A stretch of 64,000 bases of DNA from Chloroflexota bacterium (lineage in GTDB: Bacteria > Chloroflexota > UBA11872). Made by a program: the position numbers and the translations under genes. The stretch lies in contig CBDCOK010000001.1 in NCBI GenBank assembly GCA_965219705.1, forward strand, positions 259 through 64,258, in the 5' to 3' direction. This document shows, in pieces, positions 17,744-26,139 of the stretch (position 1 is the first letter of the stretch; the number at the start of each line of letters is the position of its first letter). Below the pieces are notes generated by a model, which saw only the letters and a program-made list of their open reading frames with translations, was not told where the DNA came from and did no database searches.

Positions 17744-19279
17744 TTAATCCAGCGTCCTCGACACGCGAAAACCGACGTCGGCGAGCCGGTAGGCGGCGCG
17801 GAGCCAGTCGCGCGCGCCAGGCCGGAGGGAGCTGTCGTACCACGAGCCGCCGCGCAGCACGCGATGGCCGCAGTTCCCCTCCCAGTTCCCCTCCCAGCAG
17901 TCCGACGTCCACTCCCACACGTTCCCAACCATGTCCGACAGCCCCGCCGCGTTCGCGCCGTGGCCGCCCACAGGGCACGTTCCATCAGGACGCGACCCCA
18001 GACCCAACCGGTCGCACCCGGGCTGAGAACCGGTCGCCGCTCGCGCCCACTCCGACTCCGTCGGCAACCGATAAGTCGCGCCTGTCGTCCGGCTCAGCCA
18101 CGACACATACGCCTGAACGTCGTCCCAGCTCACGCACGTCACAGGATGACGGTCCGTCTGCGGAAAGCCCGGGTTGCGCCACGAATCGCCATCGCCGAGC
18201 GTGGTGCAATCGCCGACAGCCCCAGACCCCGTCGCCGAGGCGAACGCACGATACTCCCCCACCGTCACCTCGTAACGGCCCAGCGCCAGAGCGCCGCCGG
18301 GAAGCACCACCATCTCCGGACAATCGTCGCAGTCACGGAACGCGTCCCCAGGACGATACCCAGGGTCCGAGACGCCACCGAACCCGGGCGAGCTCGCGCC
18401 GGAGACCCGGGAACCGGCTGCCGGAGAACCCGTCGCGCCCGACGGCCGACCGGACGCGCCCGCCGGAACACCCGGCGACGAACGAAGGGCCGACAGCCGA
18501 TTCTCGGCCAGACGGCGAAACACCCCGTTCGGGAACTGCTCGAGATACGCCTCGAAGTCGGCTGCGTCGCTGCTGTTCACCACCGACTGCCAGAACACCG
18601 TCTCCTGCTCCGCGCTCGCCGCAGGCGACGGCGGAGACGACGGCTGCTCACGCGCACCCGCCGCGGGCCGTTGCCGGAACGTCGTCTGGCCAGGCCCGGA
18701 AGACCGCAGCGCCGCCACCGACGAGCCATCCAGATAGCCCGTCGCGCGTGAACCCCGCGACGATTGCCAGCCCCGGATCGCGGCACGCGTACGCGGGCCG
18801 AACATCCCGTCCGCGCCACCCGGGTCGAACCCCGCCGACTGAAGCCCCCGCTGAACCTCCTGACGAGCCGCACGGTCCAGGCCAAGCCCCTCCTCGACCA
18901 CCGGGCCATTGCAGCCCCACACCCGAACGACGCACCCAGAACCGCCGCCTCGAGAGCTGCACGCCGACAGCGCCGCCTGCTGAGCCGCGGACGCCGAGCC
19001 ATACGATTCCGCCCAGCCCACCGCCGTGCTGTCCGAGTCCTGGTCCGCCGCATATGCCGCGCAACGCGCGAACGTCAGAACCACAGAGCAGTTCGAGCCG
19101 CACTCCGACAGCGCCCGCCGCTGCGCCGCGCCCGCCGTCTCGTAGTCCACCGCCCAGCCCCACTGGTCGCCCTGCCGCTCGTCGACCGCCAACGCGCCCA
19201 CCGGCTGCGCAAACGCTGCACCCGCCGAACTCAGCATCACCCAAACCACGAGCGAAGACCAACGGTGTGCCTGCATCAA
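17744..19279 (-). CDS. DGR target protein A: signal peptide, DUF4189-like Cys domain, peptidoglycan-binding domain, FGE-sulfatase (C-type-lectin-fold) domain with C-terminal VR
   Basis: 511 aa; MMQAHRWSSLVVWVMLSSAGAAFAQP; VGALAVDERQGDQWGWAVDYETAGAAQRRALSECGSNCSVVLTF...; GFDPGGADGMFGPRTRAAIRGWQ; ...HPVTCVSWDDVQAYVSWLS..ATYRLPTESEW...GNVWEWTSDCW...RVLRGGSWYDSSLRPGARDWLRAAYRLADVGFRVSRTLD. Confidence 0.85.
   Translation of the reverse strand: MMQAHRWSSLVVWVMLSSAGAAFAQPVGALAVDERQGDQWGWAVDYETAGAAQRRALSECGSNCSVVLTFARCAAYAADQDSDSTAVGWAESYGSASAAQQAALSACSSRGGGSGCVVRVWGCNGPVVEEGLGLDRAARQEVQRGLQSAGFDPGGADGMFGPRTRAAIRGWQSSRGSRATGYLDGSSVAALRSSGPGQTTFRQRPAAGAREQPSSPPSPAASAEQETVFWQSVVNSSDAADFEAYLEQFPNGVFRRLAENRLSALRSSPGVPAGASGRPSGATGSPAAGSRVSGASSPGFGGVSDPGYRPGDAFRDCDDCPEMVVLPGGALALGRYEVTVGEYRAFASATGSGAVGDCTTLGDGDSWRNPGFPQTDRHPVTCVSWDDVQAYVSWLSRTTGATYRLPTESEWARAATGSQPGCDRLGLGSRPDGTCPVGGHGANAAGLSDMVGNVWEWTSDCWEGNWEGNCGHRVLRGGSWYDSSLRPGARDWLRAAYRLADVGFRVSRTLD
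17747..17869 (-). repeat. DGR variable repeat VR-A (cognate to TR 15433-15562)
   Basis: Aligns with TR over ~125 nt. The ~24 differences at TR-adenine positions give AAC to TAC/GAC/AGC/CTC/GTC/GCC codons. There is a 6-nt indel, four other non-A changes (gcc-tcc, gtt-gtg, agc-agg, ctc-ctg) and an identical 3' GGTTTTCGCGT segment (IMH-like). Confidence 0.8.
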
Positions 19280-19362
19280 CCTTCTCCTTGGATCTTTGCC
19301 CTCGAGCTCGGAGAGGAACGTATCACAGGGCTCGGAAATAACCTGCCCGCGTCACAACCGCA

Positions 19363-19384
19363 GGTTATGGGATGGGCGGCGGGG
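19363..19384 (+). repeat. Direct repeat GGTTATGGGATGGGCGGCGGGG (left flank of DGR cassette)
   Basis: See 15219-15240. Confidence 0.5.
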
Positions 19385-19519
19385 CGGAAACACGACGACG
19401 GCCCGGCGCGGGCAAACCAGGCTGGCCGATCGGCGAGCGTCGTGACGGCCCGCTTGGAGCGCTCGCGCAGGTCCGCGGGCAGCACCGGCGGTCTGTGCGG
19501 CCCTCAGAGACCAGGATCC

Positions 19520-19586
19520 GGTGACTGTATTGGCGCAAACGCGTATCGGTATATATACTCATGTACTCAGAGTAATTTATGAGTAA
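19520..19586. promoter_or_regulatory. AT-rich region with ATATACTCA(T/C)(G/A)TACTCA repeats upstream of parA (candidate par operator/centromere); related copy at 20455-20480
   Basis: tatatactcatgtactcagagta before parA and catatactcacatactcaaaag after parG. It is AT-rich in a 68% GC context. Confidence 0.3.
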
Positions 19587-20225
19587 GTGATGATCATTTC
19601 GTTTCTAAACCAGAAAGGTGGCGTGGGGAAAACGACGCTTGCCCTCCACGTGGCCGTGGCGCTGCAGCTCCAGGGCCGGGGGCGTGGCCTTGTGGTCGAT
19701 GCGGATCCGCAGGGCTCCGCTCTCGACTGGCAGGCGCAGCGGGCCGAGCCTTCCCCCGTGCCGGTGGTCGGGATGCCGACGCCGACGCTACATCGCGACG
19801 CACGCGCGATCGCGGATACGGACTATCTGGTGATCGACGGGCCGCCGCGGATGGACGTGATCGCGAAATCGGCCATTGCGGCGAGCGACCTAGTGTGCAT
19901 TCCGGTCCAGCCGTCGCCGCTCGACGTGTGGGCGGCGGGCGAGATCTTCGATCTGGTCGAGGAGTGCCGGGTGCTGAAGCCGAGCTTGGCCGTCCGGTTC
20001 GTAATCAACCGGGCGGTTCAGGGGACGGTGCTGGCCGCGGAGGTCGCGGCGGCGCTCGAGAAGTTCAAGACGCCGGTGCTGCCGGTTGTGCGGAACCGCA
20101 CGGAGTACGCGAAGGCGATCCGGGCAGGGAAGACGGCGATGGAAACGCAGCCGCGCGGGCGGGCGGCCAGGGATATCGAGGTGCTGACTGACGCGGTGTG
20201 GAACGCGGCACGGGGGGAGCCATGA
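19587..20225 (+). CDS. parA: ParA-family partition ATPase
   Basis: MMIISFLNQKGGVGKTTLALHVAVAL... is a deviant Walker A (KGGVGKTT) in a ParA/MinD-fold protein of 212 aa. Confidence 0.85.
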   Translation: MMIISFLNQKGGVGKTTLALHVAVALQLQGRGRGLVVDADPQGSALDWQAQRAEPSPVPVVGMPTPTLHRDARAIADTDYLVIDGPPRMDVIAKSAIAASDLVCIPVQPSPLDVWAAGEIFDLVEECRVLKPSLAVRFVINRAVQGTVLAAEVAAALEKFKTPVLPVVRNRTEYAKAIRAGKTAMETQPRGRAARDIEVLTDAVWNAARGEP

Positions 20226-20446
20226 CGGACTGGGGCGCGAAGCCGCGACCGCGGTCGACGACGCATCTGCTGGATACGTTCGTGGGCTCGGCGGGGAAGC
20301 CGAAGCGGGGCGGGGAACACAAGCGGCTGAACGCGATGATTCCCGCTGCCCTGCACCAGCGAATGAAGGTAGCTTGTGCGAAGGCCGGAACGGACATGAC
20401 GACGGTCCTGATCGAGCTGCTCGAGAAGCGGTTTCCCGACGAGTGA
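20222..20446 (+). CDS. ParG-like ribbon-helix-helix partner protein
   Basis: Start overlaps the parA stop (ATGA). KRLNAMIPAALHQRMKVACAKAGTDMTTVLIELLEKRF is an RHH fold, like ParG/CopG. Confidence 0.5.
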   Translation: MTDWGAKPRPRSTTHLLDTFVGSAGKPKRGGEHKRLNAMIPAALHQRMKVACAKAGTDMTTVLIELLEKRFPDE

Positions 20447-20877
20447 ACATCAGCGCATATACTCACATACTCAAAAGAGAGGATGCCGCTGAACAGCTCC
20501 GCCTAGTGCGCCGTGGTTCCCCCTGCCTCGCTACCCCTCGCAGCACGACCGCCGTGTTCGGGCTCGCAGGGTCCGGCCACCCCGCGACCGGTAGCCCCCT
20601 GATGCCGGCGAATCGTCGATGCCGATCGGCCGTCCTCCTGCAACCTCGCTACCTACGTAATTCGCCAGTTCGCCCGTGTCACGGCGGAGGTTCGAGAAAT
20701 CGCCAGCACAGGGCCGCTGAGCGCGCCTAGCGGTCAAGTCTGAGCAGCCGGGGAGCGGCGAGCAACGGCGTGATATCCTGTGAACGTAGAAAACGCGTCC
20801 GTACAGACGAACACCCGGTGCTGCGAACACCGGGCGTCGAAGGTCGGCGGGCGCGCGGGCGATGAGGGCGCCCACGC

Positions 20878-21726
20878 ATGAACAAGTTTACCCCTACACC
20901 CGAATCCGATTCAAGACCACCACCCGTCGAGACGGCAGGCGCGACCGCGCCGGCGCTGGCGTACACCAACCCGCAGCCGCGGCTGCCGCATTCCGAGGCC
21001 TCGCCGCCGGAGCAGCCAGAGACGTTCATGCGGCGGGCCCGGCGCGTGCGGCTTGGGTCGCACCGACTGAAGCTCTGGTACCTCGCGCTGTGCACGTTCG
21101 GCCGGGCGTGGGTGCGGGGTGACGACGTGCTTGAGATCGGTATCAAGCAACGGTCGCTCGCCGGCGAGCTTGAGACGGGCCTGAACCGGGTGTCGAAGGT
21201 GCTCGCGGAGTTGCGGGACACCGGCCTGGTGCACGTGTCGAGGAGCAAGTACCACAGCGTGATCCGGATCTTCCTGACGCCGCAAAACTGGGCAGATACC
21301 CCCGGAACGGGGGTATCTGTGGAAGCCATCCTGCCGCTAGATACCCTCGACACAGGGGTATCTGGAAATCGAGCTACCCCCGAAATAGGGGTAGCAAGTA
21401 CCCCCGAAACAGGGGTAACCAATGTTTCTAGATCTCTTTTGGACGTACAAGCTGCTGCTGCTGACGTACTTCGTACTCCGGAACGGCCGGCGGGTCAGAC
21501 TCGCCGCCAGCAGCAGCAGCGAAATCAAGAACGGCTCGACAAACGGTTCGAGGGTCTGTTTGCGGCGATCGCGGCGCGGGCGCGCGAGCTGGGCATGGAG
21601 TACGACGAGGCGGATGAACGGCGGCGGCTCAAGGCGGAGGAGATCGGCGTCGACGAGCTGCAGGCACTCGCGGATAGACTCGCAGACGAGATTCAGGAGC
21701 GGCGGCGTGGCCGCCGAAGGCGATGA
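20878..21726 (+). CDS. Putative replication/partition-associated winged-helix protein (Rep-like); true extent uncertain because iterons lie inside the ORF
   Basis: MRRARRVRLGSHRLKLWYLALCTFGRAWVRGDDVLEIGIKQRSLAGELETGLNRVSKVLAELRDTGLVHVSRSKYH is a winged-helix-like fold. The downstream ORF portion is built of DNA repeats (TPGTGVS/DTGVSGN/TPEIGVAS/TPETGVTN). Confidence 0.35.
   Translation: MNKFTPTPESDSRPPPVETAGATAPALAYTNPQPRLPHSEASPPEQPETFMRRARRVRLGSHRLKLWYLALCTFGRAWVRGDDVLEIGIKQRSLAGELETGLNRVSKVLAELRDTGLVHVSRSKYHSVIRIFLTPQNWADTPGTGVSVEAILPLDTLDTGVSGNRATPEIGVASTPETGVTNVSRSLLDVQAAAADVLRTPERPAGQTRRQQQQRNQERLDKRFEGLFAAIAARARELGMEYDEADERRRLKAEEIGVDELQALADRLADEIQERRRGRRRR
21296..21420. repeat. Four tandem ~19-bp palindromes TACCCCCGAAAYAGGGGTA (iteron/operator-like), ~30-bp spacing
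   Basis: tacccccggaacgggggta, taccctcgacacaggggta, tacccccgaaataggggta, tacccccgaaacaggggta. Confidence 0.5.
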
Positions 21727-22508
21727 GCCGACCATGTTCGGCGTCAACTACTTACTGGCCGTGAGGTTGCCTGCGACCACATCCCACCGTCGAGGGGATG
21801 CGGCGCAGCGAGGTTAGCGTCCTGCTCTGGGCCGACGTCGCCGAAGCGGGCGCACACCCGGACCTCGGGCCAGGTCGAGCTGGCGGCGGAGTTGACGAGG
21901 CGGGGAGCGCGTCGACAACCGCCAAAGCGACCAAGTCCGCCAACCACTTCGTCGAGAGATGACAGGGCCGCCCGCTTTGCCGGGGGTGGCAGGGGAGTCG
22001 GTCCGGCGTCCTCCGGCTCCGAACATCTCTTGCCGGCGCAGCGCCGCATCGATCTCGGCGGCAGTCGCGGGCCGGAACCCCTGGCCGTCGTCGACGTCGA
22101 TCCGGAACAGACCGCGGCCGCCTCCGGTGGCGACGCGCCATCGCCGCTCAGGCACCTCCCGCCCCGTCCGGCCGCTCGAACAACGTTCGACATCGAGGAA
22201 GGGCCGAACAAGGGGAAGTGGTTCCCTCATCCTCGAGTCCCGTCGCGCCTCCGCCGGACCCAGGCTGGTGTCTGCCTGCATGTGCCCAGGTGTGCCACGA
22301 GTAGCCAAGCAGAGCTACGAGTCCCACAGGGGACACGACCCGAGGGAAGCGGGGGAGCTTCGAGGGCTTGGTGAACGGGCCAGCGGAGAGCCGGCCATGG
22401 TACACTGCCCTCGGGGCCAGCAGTTTAACGGGGCGCAATACGCAAAGTGCTGGCGCACTTTGCCGGCCTGTGGCCGTTGCGTTCACGAGCCGCGGCAGGC
22501 GCGACGAG

Positions 22509-24575
22509 ATGGCATACGCCTTCATGCGCACGATGGTGCAGACGCGCAGCAAGGGCCACACGGCCACCGGCGCGACGTGCTACCGCATGGGCCTGGCCGC
22601 CGAGAGCACCATCTCTGGCGCCGACGGCGAGCCGCGCCGCTTCGACTACACCCGCCGGACCGGCATCGCCGCCACCGGCTGGGCCGCCCCGGCTGGGACC
22701 GACCGGAGCTGGCGCGACCCGGTCAAGTGGGCGCACCGCATCGAGGCGGTCGACAAGCGCAAGAACAGCCGGCAGTGCCGCGACGACGTGGTGGGGATCC
22801 CGGTCGAGCTGGTCGAGGCCGGCGTGGCCGAGCAGGTGGTCCAGGCCTACGCGGACCGGCTCGCGGCGGAGCACAAGACGGTCGTCCACTTCGCGCTGCA
22901 CAAGCCGGACCGGGGCGGCAGGAACCACCACGCGCACGTCCTCTATCCGGGGCGGCACGTGGCGGGGCTGACGTTCTCGCGCAAGCGCGACCGCGAACAG
23001 GACAACCCGAAGGACGGCGGCCCGGACCTGGTGGCGCGGCACAAGTCGATCTGGTCCGAGGTCTGCCGGGGCCGCGGCATCGAGCTCGACTGGACAAGCG
23101 ACGCCCCGGGGCACCACCTCGGACCGGCGCTGTGCGCGGTCAAGCGCGCCCGGCTGGTGGACGAGACCCGCGAGACGATCCGCGAGACGGTCGCGGTGTC
23201 GACGCCGGGCGAGGCGCTGCCGGACAGGCGCACGCTGCGGGCCGTCGCCGAGATCGCCACGCGGGTCAACGACGGGTTGACGGTGACGGAGATGCTCGAG
23301 CGGGAGCGGGAAGAGGCCCTCCGCGGCCGCCCCGCGCCTCGGCCGGTGCCGGCGCCGAAGCCGTTCCGGCCCGAGGTCCTGCCCGCGGCGGGCGCCCACG
23401 AGGTTCTGCCGCCCGTCAGGAGAGCGCCGGAGGTCCTGCCGCCGGCGAGAAAGGCTCCCGAGGTCCTGCCCCCGCGGCGGGAGACGCCGCGGGTTCCGCC
23501 GCCGGTGCGTCGGCCCGAGGTTGTGCCGCCGGCGCGCCGGCCGGCGGCCATCCTCCCGCCCCGGGATGTTGCGACGGCCATCATCGCCGCCCGTGCCGAG
23601 GAGGAGCATCCCCGCGAGACGGCCGCGACGTGGTCGGAGGTCGAGCGGCACATCGAGTTGCAGCGGCGGCAGACGCTGGCCCACGAGCAGGCGCGGGCGG
23701 CCGCCAGCAGGCGCGGCGAGGCCGCCAGGAAGCGCGAGCGCTCGAAGCCCGCACAGCCGCCCGCGCCCCCCGGCCGGATCCGCCGGATCGCGGACTGGCT
23801 CCTGGGTTGCGCGCGCCAGGTGCTCGAGCGCCTCGGCCTCAAGCCCGACGCCGCGCCCGAGCGCGGGGCCGGCCGCACCCCGGCCAGGGCCGAGGCCTCC
23901 ACGCCGCCGCCGCGGCAGCCGCGGCCGGAGCCCAGCTTGTGGGAGCGCTACCAGGCGCGCTGGCCCGACGCCGGCGGGGACCGGGCGATCCTCGAGGACC
24001 TCACGGAGAAACGGCTCCCGGCGGCGCTGGCGGGGAATGTCAGCATCTCCGGCATCGCCGTCTGGCGGCGGGTGCTCCGGGGGATGTTCGAGACAGACGA
24101 TTTCCGCAGGAGCCGGGAGGACCCGAAGCCGTTGCCGCGCTCGCTGGCCCCGGCGGGTCAGGTTGGCCCGCCCGCGGCGGTCCATGCGGCGGACTACGCC
24201 GGCAGCCTCCCGCGGCGGTACCGGGCGGCATTCGACGCGGAGCGGATCGCGGAGCGTTCCCTCGAGGCGGCGGCGCGGGTCCGGCAGACGCTGCGCTACT
24301 GTCGGTTCGCCGGCGAGAGGCGGCAGCGGGCCCTCGAGGACGACGCCGTCCGGCAGGCGTGCGGCGGGGATGCGCAGCGTCTCGACCGGGAGATGCGCGC
24401 GGAGCGTTGCCAGTGGCAACGCCACTGGGACGTGCTCGTGCGGCACGACACCCTGCTGCGCGACGAAGCGCGGGAGCGGGAAGACCAGCGTCAGCGGGAA
24501 CGGCTTGAGAAGCCTGTGGAGCGGTTCCGCACGACCGGGGACCGCGACCGGGTAGAGCCCGGCCGGACGATCTAG
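22509..24575 (+). CDS. mobA: MobA/MobL-family conjugative relaxase (688 aa from the ATG at 22509)
   Basis: MAYAFMRTMVQTRSKGHTATGATCYRMG...FDYTRR.GI...SWRDPVKWAHRIEAVDKRKNSRQCRDDVVGIPVEL...VVHFALHKPDRGGRNHHAHVLY (HxH motif) is a MobA_MobL N-terminal domain. It has a long Pro-rich repeat region (EVLPPxRxAP x6) and a coiled-coil C-terminus. Confidence 0.8.
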   Translation: MAYAFMRTMVQTRSKGHTATGATCYRMGLAAESTISGADGEPRRFDYTRRTGIAATGWAAPAGTDRSWRDPVKWAHRIEAVDKRKNSRQCRDDVVGIPVELVEAGVAEQVVQAYADRLAAEHKTVVHFALHKPDRGGRNHHAHVLYPGRHVAGLTFSRKRDREQDNPKDGGPDLVARHKSIWSEVCRGRGIELDWTSDAPGHHLGPALCAVKRARLVDETRETIRETVAVSTPGEALPDRRTLRAVAEIATRVNDGLTVTEMLEREREEALRGRPAPRPVPAPKPFRPEVLPAAGAHEVLPPVRRAPEVLPPARKAPEVLPPRRETPRVPPPVRRPEVVPPARRPAAILPPRDVATAIIAARAEEEHPRETAATWSEVERHIELQRRQTLAHEQARAAASRRGEAARKRERSKPAQPPAPPGRIRRIADWLLGCARQVLERLGLKPDAAPERGAGRTPARAEASTPPPRQPRPEPSLWERYQARWPDAGGDRAILEDLTEKRLPAALAGNVSISGIAVWRRVLRGMFETDDFRRSREDPKPLPRSLAPAGQVGPPAAVHAADYAGSLPRRYRAAFDAERIAERSLEAAARVRQTLRYCRFAGERRQRALEDDAVRQACGGDAQRLDREMRAERCQWQRHWDVLVRHDTLLRDEAREREDQRQRERLEKPVERFRTTGDRDRVEPGRTI

Positions 24576-24581
24576 CCCGAG

Positions 24582-25394
24582 ATGCACCCTGCGAGCCGCC
24601 GCCAGATCGCCCAGATGCTCGAGACGTTCAGCGTCGCGCCGGAGGTGTCGGCGTTCGACCTCGGCTGCCTGAACCACGAGACCGGGCGCATGTCGTTCCG
24701 CAAGACGTGGACGGCGCCGGAGGTCCGGAAGGCCTTCGGGTGGCTCGCGGCGCGGAACGCGACCGGCAGCTCCTGCTACATCCGGCCGGCGGAGGCCCTC
24801 GGCAGGACGAGCTGGGTGCTCGCCGGCCCGCTGGCCCGGGCCGGGCTCGGCCGCCTGGCGGCCGCCCCGGGCCTGGTCGTCGAGTCGTCGCCGGGCGTCT
24901 TCGAAGCGTGGTTGAGGCTCGCCGCGCCGGTCGACCCCGCCGCCCGCAGCGCCGCCGCCCGGCTGCTTACCCGGGAGGCCGGCGGCGACGCCGGGGCCGT
25001 TCCAGCCGCGCAGCTCGGCCATCTGCCCGGCACGACGAACCGGGCTCCCGGCAGCGCCGGAGACGGGCCGGCGTTTTTCGCGGCGCTGCGCTCGAGGTCG
25101 CCGTCGGCGGTCACGCCGATTCCCCGCGCGGTGGAACCGTTGATCGACCAGCACCGCGGCGGCGGGGGGGAGCTGGCCGCGGCCGGCGAGGAGGCCGCCG
25201 GCCGCCGGGACGATCCGGACCGGAGCCGCCGGGACTTCGCGATCGCGTGCCGGCTGCTCGAGGCCGGGGCCGGCGACCACGCGATCGCGGCCACGATCGC
25301 GGCCGCGCGAGGTTTCGACCCGCAATGCGTGGGCGCCTACATCCCGCGGACGATCCGGGCCGCGCGGCTGCACCTCCAGCACAAGGAAGGATGA
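24582..25394 (+). CDS. Primase-like protein with C-terminal PriCT_1-type motif (RepB'-like)
   Basis: C-terminal ...DPDRSRRDFAIACRLLEAGAGDHAIAATIAAARG resembles PriCT_1 (SRSERDFALA.RLA..GWS.EEI). Immediately downstream of the relaxase, as in MOBQ plasmids. Confidence 0.45.
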   Translation: MHPASRRQIAQMLETFSVAPEVSAFDLGCLNHETGRMSFRKTWTAPEVRKAFGWLAARNATGSSCYIRPAEALGRTSWVLAGPLARAGLGRLAAAPGLVVESSPGVFEAWLRLAAPVDPAARSAAARLLTREAGGDAGAVPAAQLGHLPGTTNRAPGSAGDGPAFFAALRSRSPSAVTPIPRAVEPLIDQHRGGGGELAAAGEEAAGRRDDPDRSRRDFAIACRLLEAGAGDHAIAATIAAARGFDPQCVGAYIPRTIRAARLHLQHKEG

Positions 25395-25395
25395 G

Positions 25396-25833
25396 ATGCC
25401 GACGATCGCCTCGTGGGGGACCGCCGAGGACAGGCCGGAGCGCGAGGCGATGCGCGCCTTGCTGATAGGCCGCAGCTTCATGGCCGCGTACCGCGAGGCC
25501 CGCGGCGGCGAGAAGCAGCACGCCCTCGGTTGGTCGTTCGACTGGATCAGGGAGAAGACCGCCCCCGAGCTGCGGTGGATGTGGTCGAGCGACCGGGCGT
25601 ACAAAGACGAGCACGCCGACGCCTACGCCCAGGTCGCGGGAGACCTGCTGCTCGAGGGCATCGCCGCCGCGGCCCTGTTCTCCAGTGGGTGGTTCAGGCC
25701 CGACATCAGCGAGCGGTTCGGCTGGCTGTTCGAGCCCGCCTGCCTCGAGTACGACGGCTGGCGGCTCGTCGAGCTGCAGGCCAAGGACAACAGGACATAC
25801 GAGAGCTGGACCAGGCCGGCCGGGTCGCCCTAG
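25396..25833 (+). CDS. Hypothetical protein
   Basis: 145-aa ORF starting 2 nt after the previous stop. Protein-like composition. Confidence 0.3.
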   Translation: MPTIASWGTAEDRPEREAMRALLIGRSFMAAYREARGGEKQHALGWSFDWIREKTAPELRWMWSSDRAYKDEHADAYAQVAGDLLLEGIAAAALFSSGWFRPDISERFGWLFEPACLEYDGWRLVELQAKDNRTYESWTRPAGSP

Positions 25834-26139
25834 ATCGCGACAGCAGCCCCGGCTGCCGAACTGCCGGCCAGGGTTGGGTCCGCGCCCCGACCCCCGGAAT
25901 ACGGCCCATATGGGTGCACAGTGGGGAGGCTGACGGGCAGGTACCATCGATCCATCATGTGACCCCGACCCCTTGCCCCCCGCCCCCGGTCCCCCCCTCC
26001 CGGCCGCCTCCGCCCAGGTGGCTGGATAGGGAAAAATCGCGCGCGCTATGCGCGCTCTTGATTTGCCGCGCTGTGCGCGGCAAGGGACGAACGGCACGAC
26101 CTGGCGGGAGGCCCCACGATTCCAGGAAGGAGCGGAACG

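Noticed and set aside
20878-21726. Treating the whole 282-aa ORF as one protein with TPxxGV peptide repeats
   Set aside because: The peptide repeats arise from four DNA palindromes (iteron-like). More likely the real protein is the N-terminal winged-helix part and the repeats are a DNA-level binding site. Kept as a low-confidence CDS with this caveat.
22425-25604. 1059-aa minus-strand ORF (and other very long antisense ORFs such as 11341-12894 minus, 16994-18751 plus, 21959-24508 plus)
   Set aside because: These are stop-free antisense or alternate-frame artefacts typical of ~68% GC DNA. They overlap well-supported genes (relaxase, IS1634 transposase, RT/target genes) and have low-complexity Arg/Pro/Gly-rich translations.
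25980-26100. Palindromes GCGCGCGCTATGCGCGC and GCCGCGCTGTGCGCGGC upstream of gene 26140 as a defined operator
   Set aside because: Short GC-only palindromes are expected by chance at this GC content. Noted in the feature evidence but not promoted to a finding.
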